64,000 nt of DNA from Flaccisagitta enflata (taxonomy: Eukaryota), in NCBI GenBank assembly GCA_965153355.1, contig OZ231126.1, positions 5,580,001-5,644,000 of the forward strand. Reading direction: 5' to 3'. Of this stretch, positions 1-23,951 are shown piece after piece. The first letter of the stretch is position 1. Every line of letters begins with the position of its first letter. A program made the position numbers and the translations under genes. The notes beneath the pieces were generated by a model, which was not told where the DNA came from, did not search any database, and worked only from the letters and a program-made list of their open reading frames with translations.

Positions 1-2
1 AA

Positions 3-1292
3 GTTGTACAAGAAACACCATCTTATTATGGACGCAAGATTAAGTGTCCAAATACTGTAGATATGAAAAACTGCTTTCCCTCTCATTTGGCAGTCAAAAT
101 ACAGAAACAAATCTATAAAAAGAAGGGCGTTACAATTTCATCATTGGCGGGTGAGAAACCGTCGCATGAGAACCTAGAAATAATCAATTTGCTCTCGGTT
201 ATTTTCAAAGTTCCCCTGTCCAAACCAGATCATGATCAAAATTATCTACTAAGACTGCCTGTTTTCAAAACCAACGTTGACAAGTTCCTCCACTTTGTTC
301 AGCCCGTAAGGCAGAAACTTGATGACATGACCAAATGCACTGACCACGAAGATGGATGTTGTTGTTTCTCAGATGAGTACATCAACCTTTTCTGCCTTCT
401 TGAAGAGAACGGTTTGATTGTAACTGATGGAGATTGGAAAGCCAAGATGCGACCAATACTTGAGAAGCACCCAGAATATGCAAAGAGGGAATCATGTGAC
501 GGAAAATCTAGAAGCGTTGTTGCATTGGTCAGACTGCTCAGAAATCTTTCAGCTCACAAAGACCCTGAAGATCTCAATCATTCTTTATTCACAGAGATTA
601 TCGAGGAGCTTGATTGGACCATCATGCACTGCTTTTCATTTTGGGCTAAAAATGTCCTGAAATCAAACTATACCCTCATTGTTTTTGCCGACACATATCA
701 AAAACTTGAAAAAAATACAGTCGAGGAACGACTGACTAATGGTACACTAGAAAAACCCACAGACGCAATATTCATTGTTCAAGTTCGCAGCAAAGTTGGG
801 ATAAGCAAAAACACAGTTTTTTTCAAAGATACAACCAAAACAGTGGATGATTTGGTGAGGGAAACCCACCAACAAATTGGTGTTCCCATGCGTAAGAGGA
901 TAAGTTACATGGGCATATATGAACCAACTGTTTCATCCACTCCAACAACAGCATTAATCCCAGTCTTGCAACCTTCAGCTAATCTTGCAGATCTTAAACT
1001 TGACACCCTTAAGCCACATCTGATAAGAATCGAGGAGGAGCAGATCTGCTTACAAATCAAACTTCAGTACAATGACACTGAAGAAGATATGGAGATGAGG
1101 CTTTGGTCAGATGAGAAATTTGGAGTGGTTAAGGATCATATTGAAGACCACACTGGAGAAGAGCTCAGACTCTTCAAAGATGGGATTGTCATCAAGAATA
1201 CAGCAACCATTGGATCCATTTGCATTGATGATTTCCAAATACTTGCCATGGATAGTGATGCAAGGAAGAGATTCTTTGCTAGGTTTCAATGA
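3..1292 (+). CDS. 5'-truncated intronless ORF: IRE1/RNase L-like kinase C-lobe + KEN (HEPN-type) ribonuclease domain + two ubiquitin/SUMO-like domains
   Basis: The frame is open from nt 3 (VVQETPSYYGRKIKCPNTVD-M at 63) to the TGA ending at 1292. 'IINLLSVIFKVPLSKP..YLLRLPVFKTNVDKFLHFVQPV..LLEENGLIVTDGDWKAKM..SVVALVRLLRNLSAH' is colinear with the recalled IRE1 '[67 protein letters not shown]'. The RNxxxH motif is at 540-557. Segments ~768-1037 and ~1044-1253 have beta-grasp-like patterns (TVDDLVRETHQQIGVP; LRLFKDGIVIKNTATIGSICIDD). Confidence 0.75.
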   Translation, partial: VVQETPSYYGRKIKCPNTVDMKNCFPSHLAVKIQKQIYKKKGVTISSLAGEKPSHENLEIINLLSVIFKVPLSKPDHDQNYLLRLPVFKTNVDKFLHFVQPVRQKLDDMTKCTDHEDGCCCFSDEYINLFCLLEENGLIVTDGDWKAKMRPILEKHPEYAKRESCDGKSRSVVALVRLLRNLSAHKDPEDLNHSLFTEIIEELDWTIMHCFSFWAKNVLKSNYTLIVFADTYQKLEKNTVEERLTNGTLEKPTDAIFIVQVRSKVGISKNTVFFKDTTKTVDDLVRETHQQIGVPMRKRISYMGIYEPTVSSTPTTALIPVLQPSANLADLKLDTLKPHLIRIEEEQICLQIKLQYNDTEEDMEMRLWSDEKFGVVKDHIEDHTGEELRLFKDGIVIKNTATIGSICIDDFQILAMDSDARKRFFARFQ

Positions 1293-1301
1293 TTAGTCTT
1301 A

Positions 1302-1370
<69 letters not shown>

Positions 1371-2432
1371 GACAGACAGAGACAGACAGAGATTTTGTAT
1401 TTTGAAAGTGAAAATCAATTTTGTGAACCATCAACTAAAGGCAGCTTTTTCCCCCACCCACAGATGATTTTGGATTTCTTGGACTGGTGATCTTCATATA
1501 CTATCAGTCTGAATGGACGCAAATCAAGCCAATGTTTATCTCGACATAACCTTTGATTCTTCTACTAATTTCGGCGTTTCATATTGACTTGGATGTTTTC
1601 CATTACATAAATTTCTCCTAAGTTTTAGAAATCATTTGTTTCTTCATAAAATTGGTACAAGTATTGTAAAGAGGGTTAGTGTCAAACATGGTATTATAAA
1701 GAGAATGATAGACAGACTTAGGCTTATAAATAGACATTATCACTTCAGTCAACTTCAAGAGGGCATCATACATAAATGCAGGAATGTTTTTAATAGAATT
1801 GACTGATGTATTAACGGACCACCATTCGCACAGGATGACCCAGTAAATGGTTAAGTGATTAACAAATTCTTTAGATTTGAACCTGAGAATATAAGGAGTG
1901 GGTGGCGCCATACATTGATGAATATAACAGTAATTTACGGTAAGTGCATCACTCGATACAAATGGGGAGTAGGGGGATCTGTTCCATTGCATTAGAAAGG
2001 TCAAACAAAAATCGAGCAAAAGACCGACTAACTGCAAGGCATGGATCTCGATGGCCCAGTAAAACCAACGGGCTGACTGGTGAACCTCCTGGGTGGCCTG
2101 GAAGCAACCAGAAACCACAGCATGTTTGTTTTTTTATTTGATATGAGAGAGAATGACAAAGTCACTGTTTATATGAGTTTTGAGAACTTACCACTTACTT
2201 TCATATCAAAAGGAAAACAAGCATGCTGTTTGAAAATCAGCGGCTACCGTGGGTTTCATTGCTTTTCATTGATTTCTTTCAGGAATTATCAGTGCCAGTG
2301 GACAGGGACTGTCGTAGGCACGAACCTCGGATGTTTTCCGGTGGTGGTGGAGGTTCGAGGCTGCAAGATCTGATTTGGGTTACATCAATGGCAATGGGGT
2401 TGTAGTCTAATGGAAAATTCAAAGTCACCAAC

Positions 2433-14004
<11,572 letters not shown>

Positions 14005-14532
14005 GATTGATTGATTGATTGATTGATTGATCGATTGATTCGAAATTTTGTTGGATCAGATTTTTTTTAAATTCACTTGTTCAGGTAGACAGTCGAAGAT
14101 GGATTTCAATAAAAGCATCTGCCTTAATCATTCATTTGCCAAAATTTTAATATTCATTGGTCAATCGAGGAAAGGTCCAGATGAAGGGATGCAGCTGTGT
14201 GTTGTGTTGAGTTGTGCTGTGTTGTGTTGTCTTCTGTGTGTGTTGTTGTCTTCTGTGTGTGTGTTTTCTGCAAGAAAGGTGTGTTGACCAGCAAGAAAGA
14301 ATTTTTGTACGATAGAATGAATATCTTGAATAATTTATTGTCATTTAAAAAGTTTTTAATCTTGATTTTCACAATTTCTTTCGATAAAAGTTATAAATCT
14401 AAACCTCTTTTAATCGTCCGTTACCCGGGCAACTGTCTGTAAACAACTCTTTCAATGTTCGATTCAAATTCTAATGCTTTGTGAGGTCTTTCAGTGAAGT
14501 GCGAGATGGAGGGTTCTCCATGTGTGTGTGTG

Positions 14533-14713
<181 letters not shown>

Positions 14714-14967
14714 ATGGCCTGACCTAATCCCCAGTCTGACCTAATCCCCAGACTGACCTTTCCCCCAGCATTCTTGGTAACAATACGACCTCCAAGCGAG
14801 ATATATCCAGACCGTCCCTGGTTCTCATCCGACCAACTCCCAGCAGGCCCATCCCCGCAACCAACAAGCAACAAGACCTCCAAGCCAATCACTACAAGAC
14901 CCATCCCAGTGAACAACAAGACCTCCAAGCGAATCACTATAAGACCCATCCCAGTGAACAACAAGAC

Positions 14968-15437
14968 CTCCAAGCGAGCGTGGTGGCCGACAATTTCCTT
15001 CTTATGAGGGAAAGTAACGCCGGCGAGGAAATGGAAGAGGAAAGGCGCCTCGCTTCGGCGCCGCCGGGATAAGGAGACCGGCGCGGATCACGTGACCCCG
15101 CCGAATGTGGAGATGCTGCTGTTGCTGCTGCTGCTGCAGCTGCTGTCGATGCTGTCTGAGCGCCGAATGTCGGAGAAAGAGCGCCGCCGCCCGCTTGAGT
15201 CGGCGTCGTCGCGAATCGAGTCCGCAGCCGCTGCGCCGTCGGCGATGACGTCAATGATGATGGCGCTGCTAATGCTGCTGCTGTTCCTTTGGACGCGGCC
15301 GTTGCTGTTGCTGCTGTTGCTGTCGTTGCTGTCGTGGATTCATGGACCGGGTCCAAATTAGTTTTCGTTCGATCTCTCGGCGAAGATGGGGTAATTTTTA
15401 TGGAGTGGGAAGAAGTCAAATCTGGTTCCTCTTCCAT
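14968..15437 (-). CDS. Candidate alternative first coding exon of ADGB (low-complexity S/T/A-rich)
   Basis: ATG at 15437, open for 156 codons + 2 nt to TGGAG|GTCTTG. Phase 2 fits ADGB exon 12705-12813. The donor is weak but is echoed in 45-bp repeats. Confidence 0.45.
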
Positions 15438-15593
15438 TGCCGACTTTGTGTGTGTTGATTGGGTGTGTTAATTGTTTGTGTCAATTGTTGGTGTCAATTG
15501 TGTGAGTCGATGGAGTGTTTTTTGTTGGTTTGTGTAACAGTTGGGTGCTTCACATAGCAAAAGTTGCTTATTTCTTTTCATCCTCTTTACCTA

Positions 15594-16616
15594 ATGTGGA
15601 GTGACCAATTTTAGGACTCTTACCATTTTTCTTTTATCAAAAATTGTTCATCTTCCGTTTTTTAGAAAATTGTTTTTGAGAGCCTAATTTGTATATTGCA
15701 GTGGGATAAAAAAAGTATGCTGATATTCTTTGAATTAGCTTTTGTAAATTTCTGCTCTTCAAAGAATTGTTAATCTGCTTTTTCACAATCTCTTATGTAG
15801 GAGTGCAATCGAAGACAAAATTTGGTCAGTCAAAATGTTTTTTTAACATATTATAGATGTTGTAGATTTGTATATCTTATAAATGAAAAATAATAATTAG
15901 TTTGTATTTAGACTATTTTTGCATTAAAAATAATTTGTGTGTCTAAAGTTACTGTGAAATGTAGGGATAAACGTCTAAAAAAAGGAAGTTTTCAAGGAAA
16001 ATTTTACTTTACAATCTGACACGTCTTGGAAAAAATTATAACTTTGCATAGAGATTCAAAAATTGTCATTTCAAAAAACATGGCGTCTTTCTAAAGACTC
16101 TTGAGATGAGGGCCATGTGTTTGGAAATGCAAATTTTTTCATTCAGAAGCAGAATTATAATTTTACCTAACAACTTTCTGAATTTTTCCTCTAATTTTTA
16201 GGAGAAATTTTCCTGTTTTTTTGAATTACTTTGGACTTTACGAACATATACTAGAAACTTTTTATATTGTTATCATTTTTTTATATTCTTAAAGAAATCA
16301 GGAGTACAAAATTTTTTATTTCAAATCCTATCACTAACAAAGATAACTATATATAGCAATTTATTGTGATTGAAAGTCAAATTTTGTCTTTGTTTGCACC
16401 CCGACTTATGTAACTTCTGCTCTGATATTTTAATTTATTTTTACAAAAATTATGATTTTCTTAAACTAACAATTGTTCCTTTTGTAACAAGACTACACAG
16501 GATTTTGCTGAATTCTGGGAAATCTGAGTAAACTTTAAAGCCAAAACAAAAACGGAAGATGAAGGAACTTTGAGAAGAGGAAAACGGTCATCCTCATGAT
16601 TTTTTTCACTCTATAT
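15594..16616. mobile_element. Old AT-rich foldback-like element
   Basis: Nested imperfect IRs: TTCATCTTCCGTTTT (~15647) / AAAACGGAAGATGAA (~16549) and TGCAATCGAAGACAAAATTTG (~15804) / CAAATTTTGTCTTTGTTTGCA (~16378). Confidence 0.45.
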
Positions 16617-18229
16617 TCGGTTAGCGGGACAAGGAGAAAATCAATTTTTTTGCTATGCGAAGCACGCAAGTGTAACAGTGTTACGCAATATTTTTTCAAT
16701 TGGCGGTACATCCAAATATAGCAAATTCGAATTACAGAATAGCCGTAGGATGGTGAATCGAGGCAGAGGGAAGGAACATTGGCTAAGCCAATGAATGAGT
16801 GATCTTGCAGCGAAATGCACCAGAGATAGTTTAATTAGTGCCACCGGTTTAGTCTTAAAAACATGCTGAAGAGGTCTAGATTATCACAGAGGCTGTGTTC
16901 CGACTGGAAGTTGATGTCGGTTTGATAGGAAAATTTGAGGGAAGTGAGGCAGTTCGAGTGAGGAAGAGAGCGCATGAGCTAAGTGAGTAGGACAGAGAAA
17001 TCGAAGGAAGTGAGTAGAAACCAAATAGCCTCGCAAAATGAGCGAGTTACGTATAAGCGGTTTGAGCGAATGAGGTGAGAGAACGTGTAACAGCCCTTCT
17101 AAAGCAGAGAAGCCGAATCAATCGATGACAACCGAGAAATGAATGGCAAAAATCCGTGACTTATCATCGGCAATCGGAATAAAGAAGAGTTAAAAGAGGA
17201 GACTCAATTTTAGGGGCAATTCAAGTCCCCCACTTGGTTTTGGGTTCAACTTTAAAAGTTGTAAAGTTGACAAATAGAACCTCAAAAGGTATTGGTCAGG
17301 GGTGCCCTCAAAAAGAAGCGAGGCGCCTCGTTGCGAGAGCACCGTTGTCAATCAGTGAAATGCGTCTTTGTGAGGACACCGTTGGTCAATAGAGCATCAA
17401 AAGGTCAACGGTGCCCTGAAGAAGCAAAGTACCCAGTCGTTCTTTTACTGTTAACTGATATGAGGATTAACATTGAAGTCAGAATCCGAAGCTTTTGTTT
17501 TTGAGTATTTTCAAGCCGGCGATGAATTAGGGTAAAGAATGGAGATAGGGTTAGGGTCGAGCTTTGGTTTAGGGTAAGGGGTAACCCAAGGCGGGTGGGG
17601 TTTTACCATTTTCATCTCGAATGGGCTTGAAATGAGGAATATGCGTGAAAAAAACAAAACAAGTGCACCGGATTGCGACATTCAGACTTTTCAATCCTTA
17701 TGAGAACTGGTACAAAAACAAAGAGAATAAGGAATAGGACCATTGCATTCATTTCTGTTTGGAAGGGTGGCATTTGATAGCGTAAAAAAGGTAAGAGCAG
17801 ATTTGCACTTTTTTAAGTGTGTCCTCGCACTTCTATAAAAGGTCATGTCCGTCTATCGGTTAATTGGTCTGTCCGGTAACGCAAACGTTTGAAATGTGCA
17901 AAACGGCTAATTTTGACGTAAATTTTCAGTCCTATCACCTTACCACATTCATTTTCATTCATTCATTTATTCATTCATTCATTCGAAACCTTCATTCACA
18001 AATTCTTAATCAAACGAGGCAGACTCATTGGCCATAACTACAACCTTGGAAATAAGTTTATCGCATCACTTACAGCCTCATATCTCCTTTACAAATAAAA
18101 AAATCTAAGAAAAATTGGTGAGATTCTGAAACATCTTCAAATTTTCTAGCAGTTGGTGCCAACTGTGTGACTGTGCATCTAATCGTTTAGAAATGAGAGC
18201 TGAATGAAGTTGGGTACCTTTTTAGAAAA

Positions 18230-18570
18230 ATGGCATAAAAATGGCATTTTTGAAATGCGGTTTTTGGGAAATGGCGCACCCACTTATCTGGCTGTTTCAA
18301 CGAAGCAATGGCGTCAAAGGCACAGTGTCAAAGGTCAAACACTCTTCCAGTTAGCCCAGGAACAGCCCAGAACTCGAGCTGATTGAATCTCTATGGTCCC
18401 AATTGACGCAATGGTAAAGTCGAGAATGTGCAACATGGATGGCAGGACTAAAAGAAATCGCGCTAAAGTCTGGAGGAACATCACGCTATCATACCTTCAG
18501 TCGCAGTACAAACGCATGCTGAGACGCAGGGAAGCGTTTGGAAAGGTCAAGGAGGGCAAGACCAAGTATC
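18230..18570 (+). pseudogene. Degenerate Tc1-family transposase C-terminal fragment
   Basis: Across frameshifts and stops it reads FLGNGAPTYLAVSTKQW..; (*)PRNSPELELIESLWSQL; VWRNITLSYLQSQYKRMLRRREAFGKVKEGKTKY. This resembles Tc1 'QDGAPCH..WPxNSPDLNPIExLW..W..I..SMxRR..GxxTKY'. Confidence 0.75.
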
Positions 18571-18989
18571 AAGATTGTCACAGATATGTTAATTGTACTA
18601 TCTTGTCCATAAAATGCCCGTTAATCAATAATGCGATAAACTTTTTTCCAAGATAGTAGGCCTTGTTTTTCTTTTTGCGACCACCTTGGTCGTACTCGTA
18701 GGTCGTAATGCCAGTTCAAAGGGCACGTGGAAAGCAGTTAAATAAAACAACAACTTTAAAAAGATAATGAAAAAAAAAACTGTAAAAGGAAATCTTGAAA
18801 TGTTTAGAGGGTGTTTTAAAAACAATGAAAACTCAAAAGGTGAAAAGCTGTCAAATATGAAAACTGAAAAGTGAATTAAACTTTAAAGAGTATAAATATG
18901 ATTTCATACCAAAGAAAAAACACTTACCGCGACATGATCACTCATCAATTTTTAGCACTATTTTCACTGATGGCTTAAAGGCTACGTGA

Positions 18990-19020
<31 letters not shown>

Positions 19021-19205
19021 AACGATGACGACGACGGCGACGACGCGTGGAACGGACTAATTCCTCGTTCTAACAATCATTTGGCCGAACCAAACATTGC
19101 ATGCATTCTATTTTTACAATGACGTTTACTAATCAGAGACAGAGGATACGCAGAGGTAAAAATGGGGAAGAAGTTAGAAATGTATTTAATACGAGAGGTT
19201 CGACA

Positions 19206-19331
19206 ACAAGCCCGATCGGGCAACTAGATGCGTCATCTGCGTGATATTAGAAGAGGCGTAACGGACCGACGGACGGACGGACCGACGGACGGACAGACCC
19301 TCTTATAGAGATGCGATGACGCATCTAAAAA
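19206..19331 (-). mobile_element. Minimal Helentron/DINE-like (HINE) element, family B (also ~17812-18047, ~31082, 38541-38953, ~60789-60916)
   Basis: On the minus strand: T-run, subTIR TAGATGCGTCATC, adjacent partial IR GCATCT, (GTCC)n, 3' subTIR GATGACGCATCTA, terminal hairpin GCCCGATCGGGC, TT. Confidence 0.75.
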
Positions 19332-20440
19332 CGAACTTGTAAATCTCTTGACATTTAATGCCTGAAACAAATAGCATGAACCACTATTTTCATACATAAA
19401 CATTCAGACCTTATAAGTTGATCTCATAATACTGCTTGATTTTTTTATCCAAAGGGCAAAGGTTATCAAATTCAAAATAACTTGAAATTATCTTATGGGG
19501 TATCTGCTAAGTCACTAATTGGTTTGGCTTTGATTTATTCACCTTATACGGTTATACCAGAAAGAAAGTCGATCTAAGCGATAGAAAGAATGCCACATGA
19601 AAGAAAGCTAAATCTACACAATACATAGAATATACCCGATGCTAAGCAATATTCGTCTCTTTTTCATGCAGCATGGAAACGATGAAATAGTATTTGACAG
19701 CCGGCGCTATTTTAAGCCTGAACCAACCTGTCGCTCGAAGTGTCGGCCATGTTTCACAGTCAGTCGTTTGTCCTTTTAGTGATCTTTAAGTTATGACTAA
19801 TCTTCGTTGACCGTTGTTGCTGTTGTGGCTGTTAATGCTGTTTTTTCCCTATGTTGACGGTGTGGTATATTTCTTGAAATGATTGTGTAATCCATGTAGA
19901 ATTCATTCTGTATGTCGTTTCTTGATTATTGATTTATACATTTTTTGCTTGTTCATGATGTGAAGATAAATAGCGTCAGAGTTGACTGTAATTTTTAGCG
20001 ACAAATGTCATCATTAAAGAAATCCAGACAATTCAATTTAAACCGTAACATTAAAGGAAAATATCACTTTCAACATTCTTTTAAAAAAAGATTTTGTCAT
20101 GGATAGGAGATTTCTGGACTTTCTCTCCGCTTTTAAAGGAATTCCGGCCTCGGCTCATGGTTTCCATAACAAAAGAGAAGAAGAAGAAGAAGAAGAAGAA
20201 GGAATCTGTTCCTTTCCCAAGAAGAATTGATTATCTCATGTTTTCATATAAATTTGAATAAGAGAGAAGAGAGAGAGAGAGAGAAAGTGGAAATCAGGAT
20301 TTTGCGATCTTGACTCTGCGAAGAAAAGGCTCAATCAATGAAATCAACGAAATCCCAGTTGGCCCAGTCTTGCATGTCCTGGAACAACCTTACTCCGAAA
20401 AGATCTCATAACTTACTTAGCTTTCCGTCCCTCTCTGTGT

Positions 20441-20765
<325 letters not shown>

Positions 20766-21334
20766 GGCTCGTTTGCAGGGAAATGAACCTTCCCATTTTC
20801 ATAACTTGTACTATAACGTCTACCAGTAATGGCGGCTGTCGCCGTGAGGAAAAAAGTCGTAAGCATTGGTCACTTTTCACCAAGCTTTTGTTTTCAGTCA
20901 CTGCAAATCTTTCTACTTGTTAGATCAAATCAAGAGCACTTGCATATATTGGTTGCACTGTTAATCCCAGAAATATAGGACTGAGCCAAATGAGCTATAT
21001 GAGCTAAAATGCTCAAAATCACTCAACCACACAACCAGCTATGCTCACTGACACTTTCTTGTATTTGCATTTATGTATCTATCCCATTAAAGATCAGAAA
21101 AAAAGAAAGCTACTATCTTGCTAAAAAAAATCTTCCGCCCTTTAATAAAAACATATCAATTAGCATAAAAACAGTTAAAAATCTGTTACAAATCCATGAA
21201 TAATTAGTTTGAGCCCCTTTTGACTAAATTAGGGCCGACATTTGTTGGGGAAGTGATTTGTAGAGCTTCAAGATGTAATTCTGGAGTGATGGGTCTTCAG
21301 ATCTTTCTCACAATTTTTTTTATCTCTTTCTCCT

Positions 21335-21677
21335 CTACATTTACACTCATAACTACCAAAAAATACATCAAATCATAAAAAAATCGGTGACTAAAATGAA
21401 GCCCTTCAAAATTGCAAGCTGTCTGCGCAAACCGCATCTGTCCAGCTCAATGCATTTAGAAGAAATTTGAAAAACAGTGAAGAGATATCATTTAAAATTT
21501 GTGTAGAAATGGCATAAGCAAAATTAAAATATTTCAATCAAAGTTGAATAACTTTTTAACGCATTGACCTAGAGGGATGCAGTTTATGTAGATCTCTTGC
21601 AAATTTGAAGGGCTTTAATTACCTCACCTATTTTTTTATGATTGCTTGATTCTAAGCTGAGATATACATGTAAACGT
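21335..21677. mobile_element. Palindromic (foldback) MITE-like element
   Basis: Arms AAGCCCTTCAAAATTGCAAG..GCATC..TCAATGC versus GCATTGA..GATGC..CTTGCAAATTTGAAGGGCTT. Confidence 0.55.
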
Positions 21678-21773
21678 GCCGGAAGATTTTTATTAGCAAG
21701 ATAGTAAATGAGCCAAGTGAGCTAGAATACATAAGAACACCCTCGCAAATAAGAAACTGAGCTCACTGACATA

Positions 21774-22121
21774 CCGTATTTTTTCCATTTATCGCCCCCC
21801 CTTCAATTAACGCCCCCCCCCTCTTTTGGCTCCTCAGATCATAGATTTGTTAGAAGATTAGGAGGCAAATGATTCTTGTGCATAGAGGGATTTAGCTTTT
21901 TTCAGTGTTTTTTTTTTCAGTGCTTACGTGGAAAACAGGCAAAAAATATCCCTTGATATTACTTTTTCTTGAAATTCTGAAATTTCAAGAAGCATTCACT
22001 GGGAAAACCACTGGATGACTACATATTTTCAAGTTGAAAGGGGGCGCTGATTGGAGGGTAAAATGGTAATGTCATTTTTTAATTTCAAAAGCGCCCGGGG
22101 CGCTAATTAGAAAAAATACGG
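21774..22121. mobile_element. Tc1/pogo-type MITE
   Basis: TA|CCGTATTTTTTC ... GAAAAAATACGG|TA, inserted into a local degenerate repeat (GAGCTAAATGAGC family, ~20985-22300). Confidence 0.8.
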
Positions 22122-23759
22122 TACTTTTTTGTATCTGCTTGCTTAAACATGTAACAAAATATTTATTCATTTATTGCATTTGAAATCAGAAAAAAAGACA
22201 GAGTGAAATGAGCTAAATGAGCTAAATGAGCAAGACTGCTCAAAAACACCCTCACAGATGAGCAGCTATGCTCATAAACATGTTTTCTTGTATTTGCATG
22301 CTCAAACAAACATAAATGCACTTTTTTTTTATCTTACTTAAAATATAAAAAAATATAAAAAAATTCAATTTGCAATTTTCAAAAATAAATCTTTGAAAAA
22401 TCATAGCGCGAAAAATATTTGTCGTAGAGCATTCTGCTTGGCGCCAGATGAAAGAGAATTATCAAATTTACTTACCCTATTAATTTCATTGGAGGCCTCC
22501 ATCGCCCTAATGAGTTCCGAAACTTTCTCATAAGAAAATGAAAACCCTTTTTCTCTCGAATATGTCAAAAAGTCGAAGACTGACTTCGACTTTTTTCCCG
22601 ATAAGAAAACAAGGCCGGATACGCGGCACCCCAGTCCCGGACAGTAGGGCAGGGGCCGTAACGCCGAAACCGCTTGCATCTTAAGAATATCAAATATGAC
22701 GAGACGTGACGGACGGACCGGCCGATACAAGCAAGTTCTAGAGAAGCATGTCCGCGACTAAAAAAAGATTAAGACTTGATGGCATGGATAGTCTGTGCCT
22801 CTGTATAAAGTACTATCAACAAGTAAATTCTTTCAGATGTTTGTTTGTTTGTTTGTTTGCTTGTTTTTTGATGGTTAGTTTGTTTGTCTGTCCTTTTGTT
22901 TGTTGATAATCACTGGCTTTTAATGATCACCTGGAAGCGCTTCTGGATCTCGACGGCGGTCGGACGTCCAAAGTTGATGAGGTACTTGTAGTGAGCCAGG
23001 AAGCGGTACTTGGACGCGACATCCCTTCCCGTGACAGCGAACCGACCGACAGCGAATATGGCAGCGACACCGACAGCGAAAATGACAGTGAAAGCGACGA
23101 CTACAGCGGAAATGACAGCGGTAGCAGAAAATGACAGCAACAGCCAGAAAGTCAAAGCGGCAGGGGAAGTAGAAGTTGCTGATAGTCGCAGCAACAGTGT
23201 TAGTGACTGCAACAGCGATATTTGCAGCGATAATTACAGTGAGATTGACGGTAACAGAGAAAGCAGAAGTGACAATCATGGGTCTTGACACTTCCGTTGA
23301 TCGATCATACGAATTTGTGATCAATCATTCAGGTGACAAATTTTCCGTTTAAAAATCTTACGTTCGCAAGTATTTCAGCCCCATTTTTACTTTAGAAAAT
23401 CACTTAAATGAAGTTAATCGACAAATTATGACTAGTTTTATTCCCGGACGCGAAGATAATTCACATAAAAAGTTAAAAATGATCACTTAAAAAAAAAAGA
23501 TTGACAGTGCAGGATCACATTTGTCTACAACAGACGATAAAAGAAGACCTGTATATTTTTGAGTAATGTACTATGCAGTACACTTTATAAAATTCAATTA
23601 ATTATTTCATATTTTAATTCCCCAATCCCCATGAATGGTTTCCTAAGAATTTCTTTATTGGTTTAGTATGTCGGCTAAGACCGTGACTGGTTTTGTGTGG
23701 GCCAAAAATTATTTCAAACAACAAATCAATAACAAATGAAAGCTGATTTAGGCCCTAAG

Positions 23760-23951
23760 AAGGCCTGATACACGGATACCCCAGTCGCGTGCGGGTGGGC
23801 AGGAGCAGTGCTGGAGAAGGTCACTAGAGCATTTGGGCAGGAGCAGCAGGCTCAAAAAGCTCAAAAACGCCGAAAGTGTAAAAAGGGACTAACCAACCGA
23901 CCGACCGACCGACATAGCGGGGTGTAGAGTCGCGTAGCACGCGACTAAAAA
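23760..23951 (-). mobile_element. HINE-like element, family A (copies ~22609-22765, 25004-26597 split, 42289-42508, 47447-47620, 51073-51242; fragments ~28290-28360, ~46490-46556)
   Basis: T-run, AGTCGCGTG..CGCGACT hairpin/subTIR, (GGTC)n, CCTGCCCACCCGCACGCGACT, 3' GGCCGTGTATCCGGCC-type hairpin. Confidence 0.75.

Noticed and set aside
1618-2118. 166-aa minus-strand ORF
   Set aside because: No recognisable motif, no match to the expected next ADGB exon, and no convincing splice signals.
22910-23324. MMP prodomain or NPY/NPF-like precursor reading (YKYLINFGRP)
   Set aside because: No ATG in that frame, no PRCG or GKR motif, and the upstream hydrophobic stretch comes from a degenerate short repeat.
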